Assembly (NCBI GenBank): GCA_001770655.1
Contig: MERQ01000001.1
Location: 32,739-96,738, forward strand
Origin: Betaproteobacteria bacterium RIFCSPLOWO2_12_FULL_68_20
GTDB taxonomy: Bacteria > Pseudomonadota > Gammaproteobacteria > Burkholderiales > SG8-39
DNA length: 64,000 nucleotides
Reading direction: 5' to 3'
Position numbers and translations under genes: made by a program. How positions within the stretch are numbered: position 1 is the first letter of the stretch; every line of letters starts with the position of its first letter. Of the stretch, positions 8,467-16,901 are shown in pieces. The notes under the pieces were generated by a model. It saw only the letters and a list, made by a program, of their open reading frames with translations. It did not search any database and was not told where the DNA came from.

Positions 8467-9230
8467 GCGTCTTCGGCGCGTACGCGCGCTGCTACGACCT
8501 TCTTTACCGCGACAAGGACTACGCCGCGGAAGCCGGCTACGTCGCCGCCCGGCTGAGCGAAGCGGGCCCGGTGCGCTCCATCCTCGATCTCGGTAGCGGC
8601 ACCGGCCGGCACGCGCTCGAGCTTGCCCGTGCGGGCTTCGAGGTCACCGGACTCGACCTGAGCCCCGGCATGGTGGCCCATGCCGAGGCGCGGCGCCAAG
8701 CCGCGGGGGCCGCGCTGCAGCCGCGGCTGCGGTTTCTCCACGCCGATGCGCGCACGGCCCGGCTCGGACGGGCATTCGATGGGGTCGTTGCGCTCTTTCA
8801 CGTCCTCAGCTACCAGACGAGCGATGCGGACGTGGACGCGCTTCTCGCCACCGCGGCGGCGCACCTGCGTCCGGAAAGCCGTTTCGTATTCGATTTCTGG
8901 TACGGCCCGGCCGTGCTCGCGCAAAAGCCGGAAGTGCGGTTCAAGCACTTGGAGGATGCCTCGTTCGATCTGACGCGGCGCGCGGAGCCCACGCTGCGGG
9001 AGAGCGAGGACTGCGTGGACGTGCGCTACACGGTGCGCGTCCGAGAGAAGGACGGCGGCGCGGAGCAGGAGTTCGCCGAGACGCACTCGATGCGCTTTTT
9101 CTTCCTGCCGGCCGTCGAGGCCGCGCTTGAACGCGCCGGATTCGAGGCGGTCTCCGCGGCGGAGATGCCGGGCGGCGCGCCGCTCGGCGAACGCACCTGG
9201 TCGGCGTGCGTCGCCGCGAGGAGGCGCTAG
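8463..9230 (+). CDS. class I methyltransferase resembling TylM1/DesVI sugar N,N-dimethyltransferases
   Basis: 255 aa. The N-terminal YDLLYRDKDYAAEAGYVAARL is recalled to match the YDLFY..GKDYAAEA start of TylM1/DesVI. SAM motif ILDLGSGTGRHALELARAGFEVTGLDLS. ATGA coupling to the aminotransferase. Confidence 0.6.
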   Translation: MSVFGAYARCYDLLYRDKDYAAEAGYVAARLSEAGPVRSILDLGSGTGRHALELARAGFEVTGLDLSPGMVAHAEARRQAAGAALQPRLRFLHADARTARLGRAFDGVVALFHVLSYQTSDADVDALLATAAAHLRPESRFVFDFWYGPAVLAQKPEVRFKHLEDASFDLTRRAEPTLRESEDCVDVRYTVRVREKDGGAEQEFAETHSMRFFFLPAVEAALERAGFEAVSAAEMPGGAPLGERTWSACVAARRR

Positions 9231-9231
9231 C

Positions 9232-10419
9232 GTGCGCATCGGCGTTTACTCGGGCGACTTTCCGCCCACGGAAGGCGGCGGGCATACGTTCGTCTCCACC
9301 GTGCTCGATGCCTTCTTCGACGCGGCACCCTCCAGCGATCACGAGTTCGTCGCGTTCTGCGAGCCCGGCCAGCGCGAGGCGCTCGCGCAGCGCTGCACGG
9401 AGGCACGCGTCGAGCTCGCGATGCTCCCGTCCCACACCGCGCTCGGCATGGGGATCGCGACGCTCCGGCATTACGCGCCCTTCGCCTATCTCCTGCGCCG
9501 ATGGCCCGGCCGGCTGGAGCGCACGGGGCGCGAGCGCGGCGTCCAGGCCGTGTGGTTCGTTCCCGGGCTCGCCCACGACGCCCTCGACATTCCATACGTC
9601 GGAACCGTCTGGGATCTCCAGCATCGGCTGCATCCCTGGTTTCCCGAGGTCTGTTCGGACGGATACTGGGAGCACCGGGAGCTCGTCTACAGCCGCTTCG
9701 TGCGCCGGGCGACGCACCTCGTGACCGGCACGCGCGTCGGCGCGGAGCAGCTGAGCCGGCTCTACGGCGTTGCGCCCGAGCGGATCAGCGTGCTGCCGCA
9801 GCCCGCGCCGCGCGTCCTTGCGCAAGCCGAGCCGTCTCAGGCCGTGGCGGCCCTCGGCGCCGAGCGCTTCTTCCTCTATCCCGCGCAATTCTGGCCGCAC
9901 AAGAATCATGTCAACCTGCTGCACGCGCTGAAGCTGCTCGAGGAGCGGCATGGCGAGCGCTTGAGCCTCGTTCTTCCCGGCGCAGACAAGGGCAACGCGG
10001 CGCACGTCAGACGAACGTCGGAGGCGCTCGGCCTCGCCGCGCGAGTGCATTTGCCCGGCTTCGTCAGCGCGGCGGATCTCGCATGGCTCTATCGCCGCGC
10101 GGCCGCGCTTGTCTATCCGTCCTTCAACGGCCCGGACAACCTGCCGCCGCTCGAGGCATTCGCGCACGGCTGCCCGGTCGTGCTCGCCGAGTATCCCGGC
10201 GCGAGAGAGCAGGCGGGCGATGCCGCGCTGTTCTTCGATCCGCGCGATCCCGGGGAGCTGGCGGCGAAGCTCGCGTCGCTTCTGCGGGATGCGCCGCTCG
10301 CGCAGGAGCTCGCGCGTCGCGGCCGCGAGCGCGCGGCGCGCTGGACGGCCCACGACTACGTGCGCGGAATATTCGGCGTCCTAGACGCGCTCGAGCCGAT
10401 CCGGCGCTGCTGGCCCTAG
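9232..10419 (+). CDS. glycosyltransferase family 4
   Basis: GTG start preceded by GAGGAGG. VRIGVYSGDFPPTEGGGHTF; C-terminal LVYPSFNGPDNLPPLEAFAHGCPVVLAE. Confidence 0.8.
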   Translation: MRIGVYSGDFPPTEGGGHTFVSTVLDAFFDAAPSSDHEFVAFCEPGQREALAQRCTEARVELAMLPSHTALGMGIATLRHYAPFAYLLRRWPGRLERTGRERGVQAVWFVPGLAHDALDIPYVGTVWDLQHRLHPWFPEVCSDGYWEHRELVYSRFVRRATHLVTGTRVGAEQLSRLYGVAPERISVLPQPAPRVLAQAEPSQAVAALGAERFFLYPAQFWPHKNHVNLLHALKLLEERHGERLSLVLPGADKGNAAHVRRTSEALGLAARVHLPGFVSAADLAWLYRRAAALVYPSFNGPDNLPPLEAFAHGCPVVLAEYPGAREQAGDAALFFDPRDPGELAAKLASLLRDAPLAQELARRGRERAARWTAHDYVRGIFGVLDALEPIRRCWP

Positions 10420-11597
10420 CTTGCCGGCCGGCGCCCGGCTGCGGCAGCCAGCCCCTCGAGCAGCGCCGCGGTGTGCGCGCCGTGGCGAAAACGCGCTTCG
10501 AACGCCCGCCACGCGTTGCGCCGCAGCGCGTCGCGGTCGCCGAGGATGGCTTCGGCCGCCCGCGGCACGTCCTCCGGTCCGCTCACCAGCCGCGCGCAGC
10601 CGAACTCCGACACCAATGCCCGGTAGCTCGCGTTGTCGCGCGCGATGAAGGGCAGGCCGGCCTGGCAGTAGAGCGCCACCTTCTCGGAAGAGAAGGCCGT
10701 GAGCTCGTCATTCGCGCTGTCGGTACGGTAAAAGGCGAGGCCGATGTCCGCGGAAGAGACAAGCTCGGGCAGCCGCTCCGGAGGCACGAGGTCCGTGGAC
10801 ACGAAGGCCCGCCCGCCGCTCGCCTCGCGCAGGCGCTCGGCGCTGGTTGGCCCCGGATAGCCGTGAAAAACGAAGGCGAAGCGCTCGCCCGCGGCGCCGC
10901 GCGCGAGCTCTGCCAGGCGCAGGCAGCCGCGTGCCTCGTCGAAGCGCCCGAGGTACAGCAGGATCGGCCGCTCGGGAGGCAGGTTGAACCGCTCGCGCAG
11001 ACAGCGCCGCGTCGCGGTTACCGCGGGACCGTCCACCGATACGGGAAGGATGATCTGCGGTCCGGCGGCGAGGCCGTTGCTGCGGAAAAGCCACGCGCCG
11101 CGCGCCTCGTCCTGCACGATCGTTGCGCTCGCCCGGGGGTGATGGCGCTTCTCCAGTGCGCGCAGGCGGCGCGCGCCGGGAACGCGGCGGAACTCCGCAT
11201 GCTCGAGGTCGTACAGCTCGAGGCTGTAATAGACGAAGGGCACACCCGTGCGCTCGGAGACCGTTCCCGCCCAGACGAGCCCCCGCTTCTCAATGCCGAT
11301 ATAGAGGTCGTGCGCGCTCGCGCCCGGCGCTGCGGCCGCGGCGCGTGCCGCGAGGCCCCCGAAGCGCCGCTCGAAGCGCTCCAGCAGGCGCGCTAGGCGG
11401 CCTCGCGCGCTCACATCGTGCACGGCGATCCCAGGTGTCGAGGCAAGCGCCTCCGCGTCGATTAGCGTCGGCGCGCAATCCCTCAGGTACAGGTCCACCG
11501 CGACGCCGGCGTGGGCGAGCGTGCGCGCGAGGTTGACCGTTTGCGACTGCAGCGGCCAGTCGTATTGGAGCAGCGCGACGCGACGCAGGGCGGACAC
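10416..11597 (-). CDS. GT-B fold glycosyltransferase (GT1/GT4-like)
   Basis: Last 393 codons of track ORF 10416..12194; the only plausible start is GTG at 11597, 5 nt after the upstream stop. Motifs ILLYLGRFDEARG, SEKVALYCQAGLPFIA. Confidence 0.65.
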   Translation of the reverse strand: MSALRRVALLQYDWPLQSQTVNLARTLAHAGVAVDLYLRDCAPTLIDAEALASTPGIAVHDVSARGRLARLLERFERRFGGLAARAAAAAPGASAHDLYIGIEKRGLVWAGTVSERTGVPFVYYSLELYDLEHAEFRRVPGARRLRALEKRHHPRASATIVQDEARGAWLFRSNGLAAGPQIILPVSVDGPAVTATRRCLRERFNLPPERPILLYLGRFDEARGCLRLAELARGAAGERFAFVFHGYPGPTSAERLREASGGRAFVSTDLVPPERLPELVSSADIGLAFYRTDSANDELTAFSSEKVALYCQAGLPFIARDNASYRALVSEFGCARLVSGPEDVPRAAEAILGDRDALRRNAWRAFEARFRHGAHTAALLEGLAAAAGRRPAS

Positions 11598-11602
11598 CGA
11601 GG

Positions 11603-12595
11603 TCAGTCCTCGAGGTAGTCGGCGCGCAACACCCAGGCACGGACCTCCGGGTCGGTCTCGAACTTCTCGCGATGGAAGCGCATTCCTTGGGCATGGCCCT
11701 CCGCCATGGTCCGCTCGAGCCTGGCGATGTGGCGGCCGGCCGTCGTGAAGGCGCCGGCGATCCGGAAAAGGGCGCGCCCGATATGCAGGGGGGCGCAGTC
11801 GGCTGCTGATGCCGGGGTGTCTCCGAGATTGGCCTGGCGCAGTCGCGCAAACGAATCGGAAATCCCCTGCAGGAAGGCGCGCCGGCGGAAATAGTCGAAC
11901 GTCATTCTCTGCAAAGGCACGAGGTGACGCACTGACGCGCCGGGGTGAAACAGGCAACGGGCGCCGCTCGCGACGACGAAGCGCCCAAGCTGCATCTCGC
12001 CGTCGCCGCGGAACTTGATGAGATCGTCGGGCATCGCGTCCGGGTGAAAGCCGCGCGCGGCCTCGAGGACGCTCCTGCGCACGGAAAGATTGCAGCCCCA
12101 GACGAGCGCGGGGTCGATATCGCGCGCCTCGCCTCGCCACGCCAGGACGCTGAGCGACGGGATCGCATGGCCATCGCCGTACGGCCTGCGCCAAAGCCGC
12201 AACAGCCAGGGCGGCGGGGTGTCGACGAACGCCGGAAGAATGTTGCCGCCGACCATGGCGACCGAGTCATCGCGTAACGCTTCCCGCAGGCTGGCGATCC
12301 AGCCCGGAGACACCTCGACGTCGTCGTCGATGAACGCCAGCAAATCGCCTTTCGCCTCGCGCATGCCGCGATGCCGGCCGCGATGCAGGCCTGGCCTCGC
12401 CTCGTACGCATAGTGCAGCCCGGGAAGCGCCGTGCGCGCGTCCTCGGCAACCCGGCGGGTCGCGTCGGTAGAACCGTTGTCCACCACGATCACCTCGTAG
12501 GGGCCCGAGCCGGCCTCCTGGCGCGCCAGAGAGGCGAGCGCCCCCGCCAGCGCCGCGGCGCGGTTTCTCGTCGGCACGATGACGCTCACCAGCAT
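11603..12595 (-). CDS. glycosyltransferase family 2
   Basis: Motifs VSVIVPTRNRAAAL, VVDNGSTDAT, AFIDDDVEV (DxD). Confidence 0.85.
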   Translation of the reverse strand: MLVSVIVPTRNRAAALAGALASLARQEAGSGPYEVIVVDNGSTDATRRVAEDARTALPGLHYAYEARPGLHRGRHRGMREAKGDLLAFIDDDVEVSPGWIASLREALRDDSVAMVGGNILPAFVDTPPPWLLRLWRRPYGDGHAIPSLSVLAWRGEARDIDPALVWGCNLSVRRSVLEAARGFHPDAMPDDLIKFRGDGEMQLGRFVVASGARCLFHPGASVRHLVPLQRMTFDYFRRRAFLQGISDSFARLRQANLGDTPASAADCAPLHIGRALFRIAGAFTTAGRHIARLERTMAEGHAQGMRFHREKFETDPEVRAWVLRADYLED

Positions 12596-13354
12596 CTAGC
12601 GCGCGACCGCCTCCACGAAGATGCGCCGGCATTCCGCCTCGCCGCGGCAATGGAAGAGCCGCCGCTTGTACCAGCGGTAGAGCGTGTTCAGCGCGCCTGC
12701 ATGATTGAGGAGAAAGATCCGGTTGCCGAGAAGCGTGTCGAGGAGACTGCGCCGCCACCCCATGCGCTCGAACGGCACCACGGCGCACAACTCGAAATCG
12801 GATCGCAGCGCGTCGGAGAGCGTCTGCACGCTGAAGTGCCGGAAGTGCTTGGCCTGGAGCGGCGTGTTCCGATGCGGCACCGTGAGAAAGAGCCGCCCGC
12901 CTGGTCGCAGAAGCTTTCTCACCGCCCGCACCAATGCCGGAGCGTCGTCGATCGGAATGTGCTCGAGGACTTCCATCAGGACAGCTGCCTCGAAGGGTGG
13001 CTCCGACCATGCGGCCGTGATGTCGGCCTCGAGGAACCGGAGCGCGGGAAGGTCGTGGTTCATCGCCCGCGCAAGGGCGATGGCGCGCGGCGAGCGGTCG
13101 ACGCCAACGACCCGCTTCGCCCCTCGCAGCGCCAGCTCGCGCGTGAACCGTCCATCCCCGCAGCCCACGTCCACGATCTCGGAGACGCGCGCGGCGGCGA
13201 TGCGCTCGAGCAGAAACTCGATGGTCGAAGCGTAACTGATGCCCCAGGAGTCGTGGAAGGTCTGGCCGAACCCATGCGTGCCGTAGCGTGCGACATAGTG
13301 GTACGGGAAGGCATACTCGTCTTCCTGGATTTCCGCCGGATTTCGCGTCGGCAT
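12596..13354 (-). CDS. class I SAM-dependent methyltransferase
   Basis: Motifs IVDVGCGDGRFTRELALRGAKRVVGVDRS, LLRPGGRLFLTVP. The internal ATG at 13354 was chosen because it lies 7 nt past the upstream stop. Confidence 0.8.
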   Translation of the reverse strand: MPTRNPAEIQEDEYAFPYHYVARYGTHGFGQTFHDSWGISYASTIEFLLERIAAARVSEIVDVGCGDGRFTRELALRGAKRVVGVDRSPRAIALARAMNHDLPALRFLEADITAAWSEPPFEAAVLMEVLEHIPIDDAPALVRAVRKLLRPGGRLFLTVPHRNTPLQAKHFRHFSVQTLSDALRSDFELCAVVPFERMGWRRSLLDTLLGNRIFLLNHAGALNTLYRWYKRRLFHCRGEAECRRIFVEAVAR

Positions 13355-13361
13355 CAAGTGC

Positions 13362-14813
13362 TCATCGCGGATGCGTACCCCGTCGCACGAGCTCTGCCAG
13401 AAGCCGCAATTCATCGCGGCCGAAGCGTCGGACGAAGGCAAGCATGACGGTCAGGGACAGCACGCCGGCCACGACAACGTGCAACGCGATGGTCGCGGGC
13501 GTCCCCGTCAGGTCGACGGCCGCGAACAGCAGCATCGGGCTGCTTGCGAGCGCCACCCGGCCGACGAACGACAGGAGGGGAGCCAGCTGCAGCCCCAAAG
13601 CATGACGGGCGAGATACAGTTGAACGGCGACGCCCCAGAACACCACGGCGAAACGCGCCCAGATGAACTCCGCGAAGCCCGCCCGGATGGCCACCAGGTA
13701 GACCGGAAGGTACACCGCCATCGCGGCCAACATCGCGCCGGTTTCCAGCTGCGGCTTGCCTTGCGCGCGATAAGCCTCGCCGTTCGCGCCGACCAGCCAC
13801 GCGAGGCCGTGCGCGAGGCCGAGCGCCGCGATCACCTGGCCGATGCCAGTCCAGCGCTCGTCAAAGAGCAGCGCTTCTACAAGGCCCGCCAGCACCGCCA
13901 TCGCGAAGCTGCCGGGTATGGCCGCCAGCGCGATCACGCGTATCGCACGCGCCAAGGCCTCGCGCAGGCGAACTGGATTGTTCTGCAGGCCGGATAGATG
14001 GCTGTACAGGACCGGCAGCAAGGGCGAGAAAACCACTCCATAAGCGGCCAGTACTACCTGGCTTCCGGTACGGTAAATGCCGAGGTCGTGCGCCCCCAGG
14101 TAGTACGCGATCACCAGCGAGTCTGCCCAGAAGAATCCCCATCCGAGCAGCGCCGACGTCGAGGCCCATAGGCCGAAACGAACCAGCTCCCGCTGCTGGT
14201 CCAGCGCCGAGGGACGGCGCGGCCGCCATCGCACCGCGCGCCACGCCGCCGCCGCGCCGACGGCCTGCCCCGCAAGGCCGCCGACGACGAGCGCCCAATA
14301 GCCCAGTCCCGCCCACGCGAGCGGTAGCGCGATGAGTACCGGCAAGAGCCCTGTCGCGAGCTGAATCCAGAAGAGCTCCCTGAAGCGCATGTCCCGCTGC
14401 AGGAGCGCGCTGGGCACCGCCATCCAGGCGCCGAGCACCACGCTTGGCGACATGGCGCGCAGGACGCCCGCGACTCGGTCGTCCCGGAATACGCCCGCGG
14501 CAACTGCATCGGCGCCGACGAAGACGAGCAACGCTGTGGCCGCCGCGAGCACGAGATTGACCCAGAATGCGCAGGTTGCCACGGACTCGACATCGGTCCG
14601 CTCCCGCACGACCGCGCGGCTCAGCCCGGCGCCCCAGACGATCTGCGAGAAACTCACCACGATGGCGGCTGCCGCGACGACGCCGAAGTCCTCCGGCATG
14701 AGCATCTGAGCGAGCAACAGAAGCACGAGCGGCAGGCCACTCCGCGAAGCGATCTCGCCCGCGAGCGACCAGCGGAAAGCGCTGAAGAGCCGGCGGCCTG
14801 TAGGCTCTGCCAT
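13362..14813 (-). CDS. polysaccharide biosynthesis protein, Wzx-like MOP/PST flippase
   Basis: 483 aa starting MAEPTGRRLFSAFRWSLAGEI. Hydrophobic throughout, with about 12-14 helices. The start overlaps the upstream stop by 1 nt. Confidence 0.75.
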   Translation of the reverse strand: MAEPTGRRLFSAFRWSLAGEIASRSGLPLVLLLLAQMLMPEDFGVVAAAAIVVSFSQIVWGAGLSRAVVRERTDVESVATCAFWVNLVLAAATALLVFVGADAVAAGVFRDDRVAGVLRAMSPSVVLGAWMAVPSALLQRDMRFRELFWIQLATGLLPVLIALPLAWAGLGYWALVVGGLAGQAVGAAAAWRAVRWRPRRPSALDQQRELVRFGLWASTSALLGWGFFWADSLVIAYYLGAHDLGIYRTGSQVVLAAYGVVFSPLLPVLYSHLSGLQNNPVRLREALARAIRVIALAAIPGSFAMAVLAGLVEALLFDERWTGIGQVIAALGLAHGLAWLVGANGEAYRAQGKPQLETGAMLAAMAVYLPVYLVAIRAGFAEFIWARFAVVFWGVAVQLYLARHALGLQLAPLLSFVGRVALASSPMLLFAAVDLTGTPATIALHVVVAGVLSLTVMLAFVRRFGRDELRLLAELVRRGTHPR

Positions 14814-15757
14814 CACGAGGCGCGACTCGTTGAGGCGGCGAGATCGTATAGCTGCGCCAGGCGATGCGACAGCTCGCCGAGCGCTCCCGGGACGCACGAG
14901 CGCTCGAGCAGCGCGCGGCGCACGCCGCCGAGCCGTCCGAGCTCGACGGCCTCGGCTCGCAGCGCGGCCGCCAGGTCGGGCACGCCGAGCGACACGGCCC
15001 GCCGCACCAGCCATTGCAAATGCCGCCGCAGGCCGGCGCGTCCGTGGATGCGCGCGATGTCGGCGCCGTGCTTTCGCACGACTTGCGCGTAGCCGAGGAC
15101 ATCCCGGCGCGCGTCCGCGGAAATCGTGCCTGTTCCGCCCACCGAATAGCACAGCAGCGGCTCGCGCAAGTGCACGAAGCGGCAATGCTCGGCGAGCCGG
15201 ATCGCGGTGTCCCACTCGTGGTAGGCCGAGATGGCTTCATCGAGGAGGCCGATTCGCTCGAAGCTTTCGCGATGCGCCAGCATCGCCTGGAGCATCGGAC
15301 CCGGGCGCCGCAGAAGGCTCGCGTATGAGCGGCCGTGGGTATGGGGCAGCGCAAAGCGCTCGCGGGCGGCCTGCCGGGCATCGACTTTCAGGACGTCGCC
15401 ATGCACCACCAGGTCTTTCGCGAAGTCCTCCGCGCGCAGGACCGCGAGCTGCATGGCGAGCTTCCCCGGCAGCCATTCGTCGTCGCTGTCGTTGAAGGCG
15501 ATCCATTCGCCGCGCGCGGCCAGGATGCCAGTGTTGCGCGCGCCCTGCGCGCCCTTCGCGCGCGCGTTGGCGATCACGCGCACGCGCGGGTCGCCGCCCG
15601 CTCGCGCCGCCTCGGCGGTGCCGTCGGCCGAGCCGTCGTCGACGACGATCACCTCCAGCGGGTCGTACTGCTGGCGGAGCACGGAGCGCACCGCGGCGGG
15701 CACGGTCTGCGCGCGGTTGAAGGCCGGAACGACCACCGAGACGAGCGGCTGCTTCAT
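14813..15757 (-). CDS. glycosyltransferase family 2
   Basis: MKQPLVSVVVPAFNRAQTV, VVDDGSADGT, FNDSDDEW. GGGGAG lies upstream of the ATG. Confidence 0.85.
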   Translation of the reverse strand: MKQPLVSVVVPAFNRAQTVPAAVRSVLRQQYDPLEVIVVDDGSADGTAEAARAGGDPRVRVIANARAKGAQGARNTGILAARGEWIAFNDSDDEWLPGKLAMQLAVLRAEDFAKDLVVHGDVLKVDARQAARERFALPHTHGRSYASLLRRPGPMLQAMLAHRESFERIGLLDEAISAYHEWDTAIRLAEHCRFVHLREPLLCYSVGGTGTISADARRDVLGYAQVVRKHGADIARIHGRAGLRRHLQWLVRRAVSLGVPDLAAALRAEAVELGRLGGVRRALLERSCVPGALGELSHRLAQLYDLAASTSRAS

Positions 15758-15794
15758 GGGCTCCCCGCGACAGTATGCCGTGTCGCGGCGCCGT

Positions 15795-16835
15795 TCAGCG
15801 GAAGCGCGGCGCGGGCGACGGCCCGGTGGAAGGCCGGCCATGGTCGATGCGCGGCCAGCCATCCCGGTATTCGATCCGGTCCACCAGCATCACGCGGCTG
15901 CGCTCGCCGCGCCGAAGCTGCTCCGCGGAGTAGGCGTGGTACACGATCCAGTCGTTCCCCGCGTCGTCGGTCATGACGCTGTTGTGACCCGGAGCCCGCC
16001 AGGCGTCGCCCGCTTCGAGGATGGGCGTCTCCAGGACTTCGAACGGTCCGAACGGGCTGTCCGAGCGGGCCGCCATCACGGCGTAGCGCAGCTCCTTTCC
16101 GCAGCAGCGGTCGCCGGAGAAGAACAGGAAATAGCGGCCCTCGCGATGGTGGATCCAGGCGCCTTCGATCAGCGAGCGGTAGCGCCGGCCGCGGTCCGGA
16201 CCCAGCAGCTCCACGGCGACGCTGCCCGGCAGGAACGCCATCCCGTCGGGCGCGAGCTCGCGCAGGACGAGCGGCGCCCCGCCGGAGCCCCAGTAGAGGA
16301 AGCGCCGGCCGGTCTGCGGATCTTCAAACGCCATCGGATCGATGTGCTCGATGCCCTTGCCGCAGAGCAGGGGCTGTCCGGCGTCTACGAAGGGCCCCGG
16401 CGGGGCGGCGGAGGTCGCGACGGCCAGGCATCTGCCGGTCGCCTCGTCGGGCTCGGCCGAGTAATACATGACGTACCGGCCCCGCTCCCGGTCCTGCACC
16501 ACGTGCGGCGCCCAGAAATTCTGCTTGGTCGCCGCCCAGCGCGGCTTTTCGGGCAGCGCGTCTCCGAGGTATTCCCAATCGACGAGGTCGCGGGAGCGCG
16601 CGACCTGGATGTTCAGCATCGCGCCGCCCGCCGCGCCTTGCGTGGCGTAGGCGTAGATCCAGCCGTCGGGCGAGCGCAGGACGGCGGGGTCGGGAAAATC
16701 GCGGTCGAGCACGGGGTTGGAAAAGGCGCGCGGCTGCGGTTCCGGCGCGCTCGCGCACGCTGTCAGCAGCAAGGCCAGCGCGAGAGCCGGGCCGACCCGA
16801 GCCCGCCCGGCGTGGCTGTTCAAACCGGCTCGCAT
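15795..16835 (-). CDS. glycoside hydrolase family 43 lipoprotein
   Basis: Lipobox LLLTAC. GH43 N-terminal signature NPVLDRDFPDPAVL, then NFWAPHVV. ATG at 16835; the track start at 16868 is TTG. Confidence 0.8.
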   Translation of the reverse strand: MRAGLNSHAGRARVGPALALALLLTACASAPEPQPRAFSNPVLDRDFPDPAVLRSPDGWIYAYATQGAAGGAMLNIQVARSRDLVDWEYLGDALPEKPRWAATKQNFWAPHVVQDRERGRYVMYYSAEPDEATGRCLAVATSAAPPGPFVDAGQPLLCGKGIEHIDPMAFEDPQTGRRFLYWGSGGAPLVLRELAPDGMAFLPGSVAVELLGPDRGRRYRSLIEGAWIHHREGRYFLFFSGDRCCGKELRYAVMAARSDSPFGPFEVLETPILEAGDAWRAPGHNSVMTDDAGNDWIVYHAYSAEQLRRGERSRVMLVDRIEYRDGWPRIDHGRPSTGPSPAPRFR

Positions 16836-16846
16836 TGCGCCGCCGG

Positions 16847-16901
16847 CTAGTGTCCCGAGATCGAACAAAAGCGTTCAGACATTTCTGACTCGGGACACTA
16901 G
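16847..16901. repeat. 13-bp perfect inverted repeat (CTAGTGTCCCGAG ... CTCGGGACACTAG) with a 29-nt spacer; a variant of the hairpin-repeat family and a candidate terminator
   Basis: Arms at 16847-16859 and 16889-16901. The right arm contains the epimerase stop codon. The interior GAGATCGAACAAAAGCG matches GAGATCGGACAAAAAACG at 1699-1716. Confidence 0.6.
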
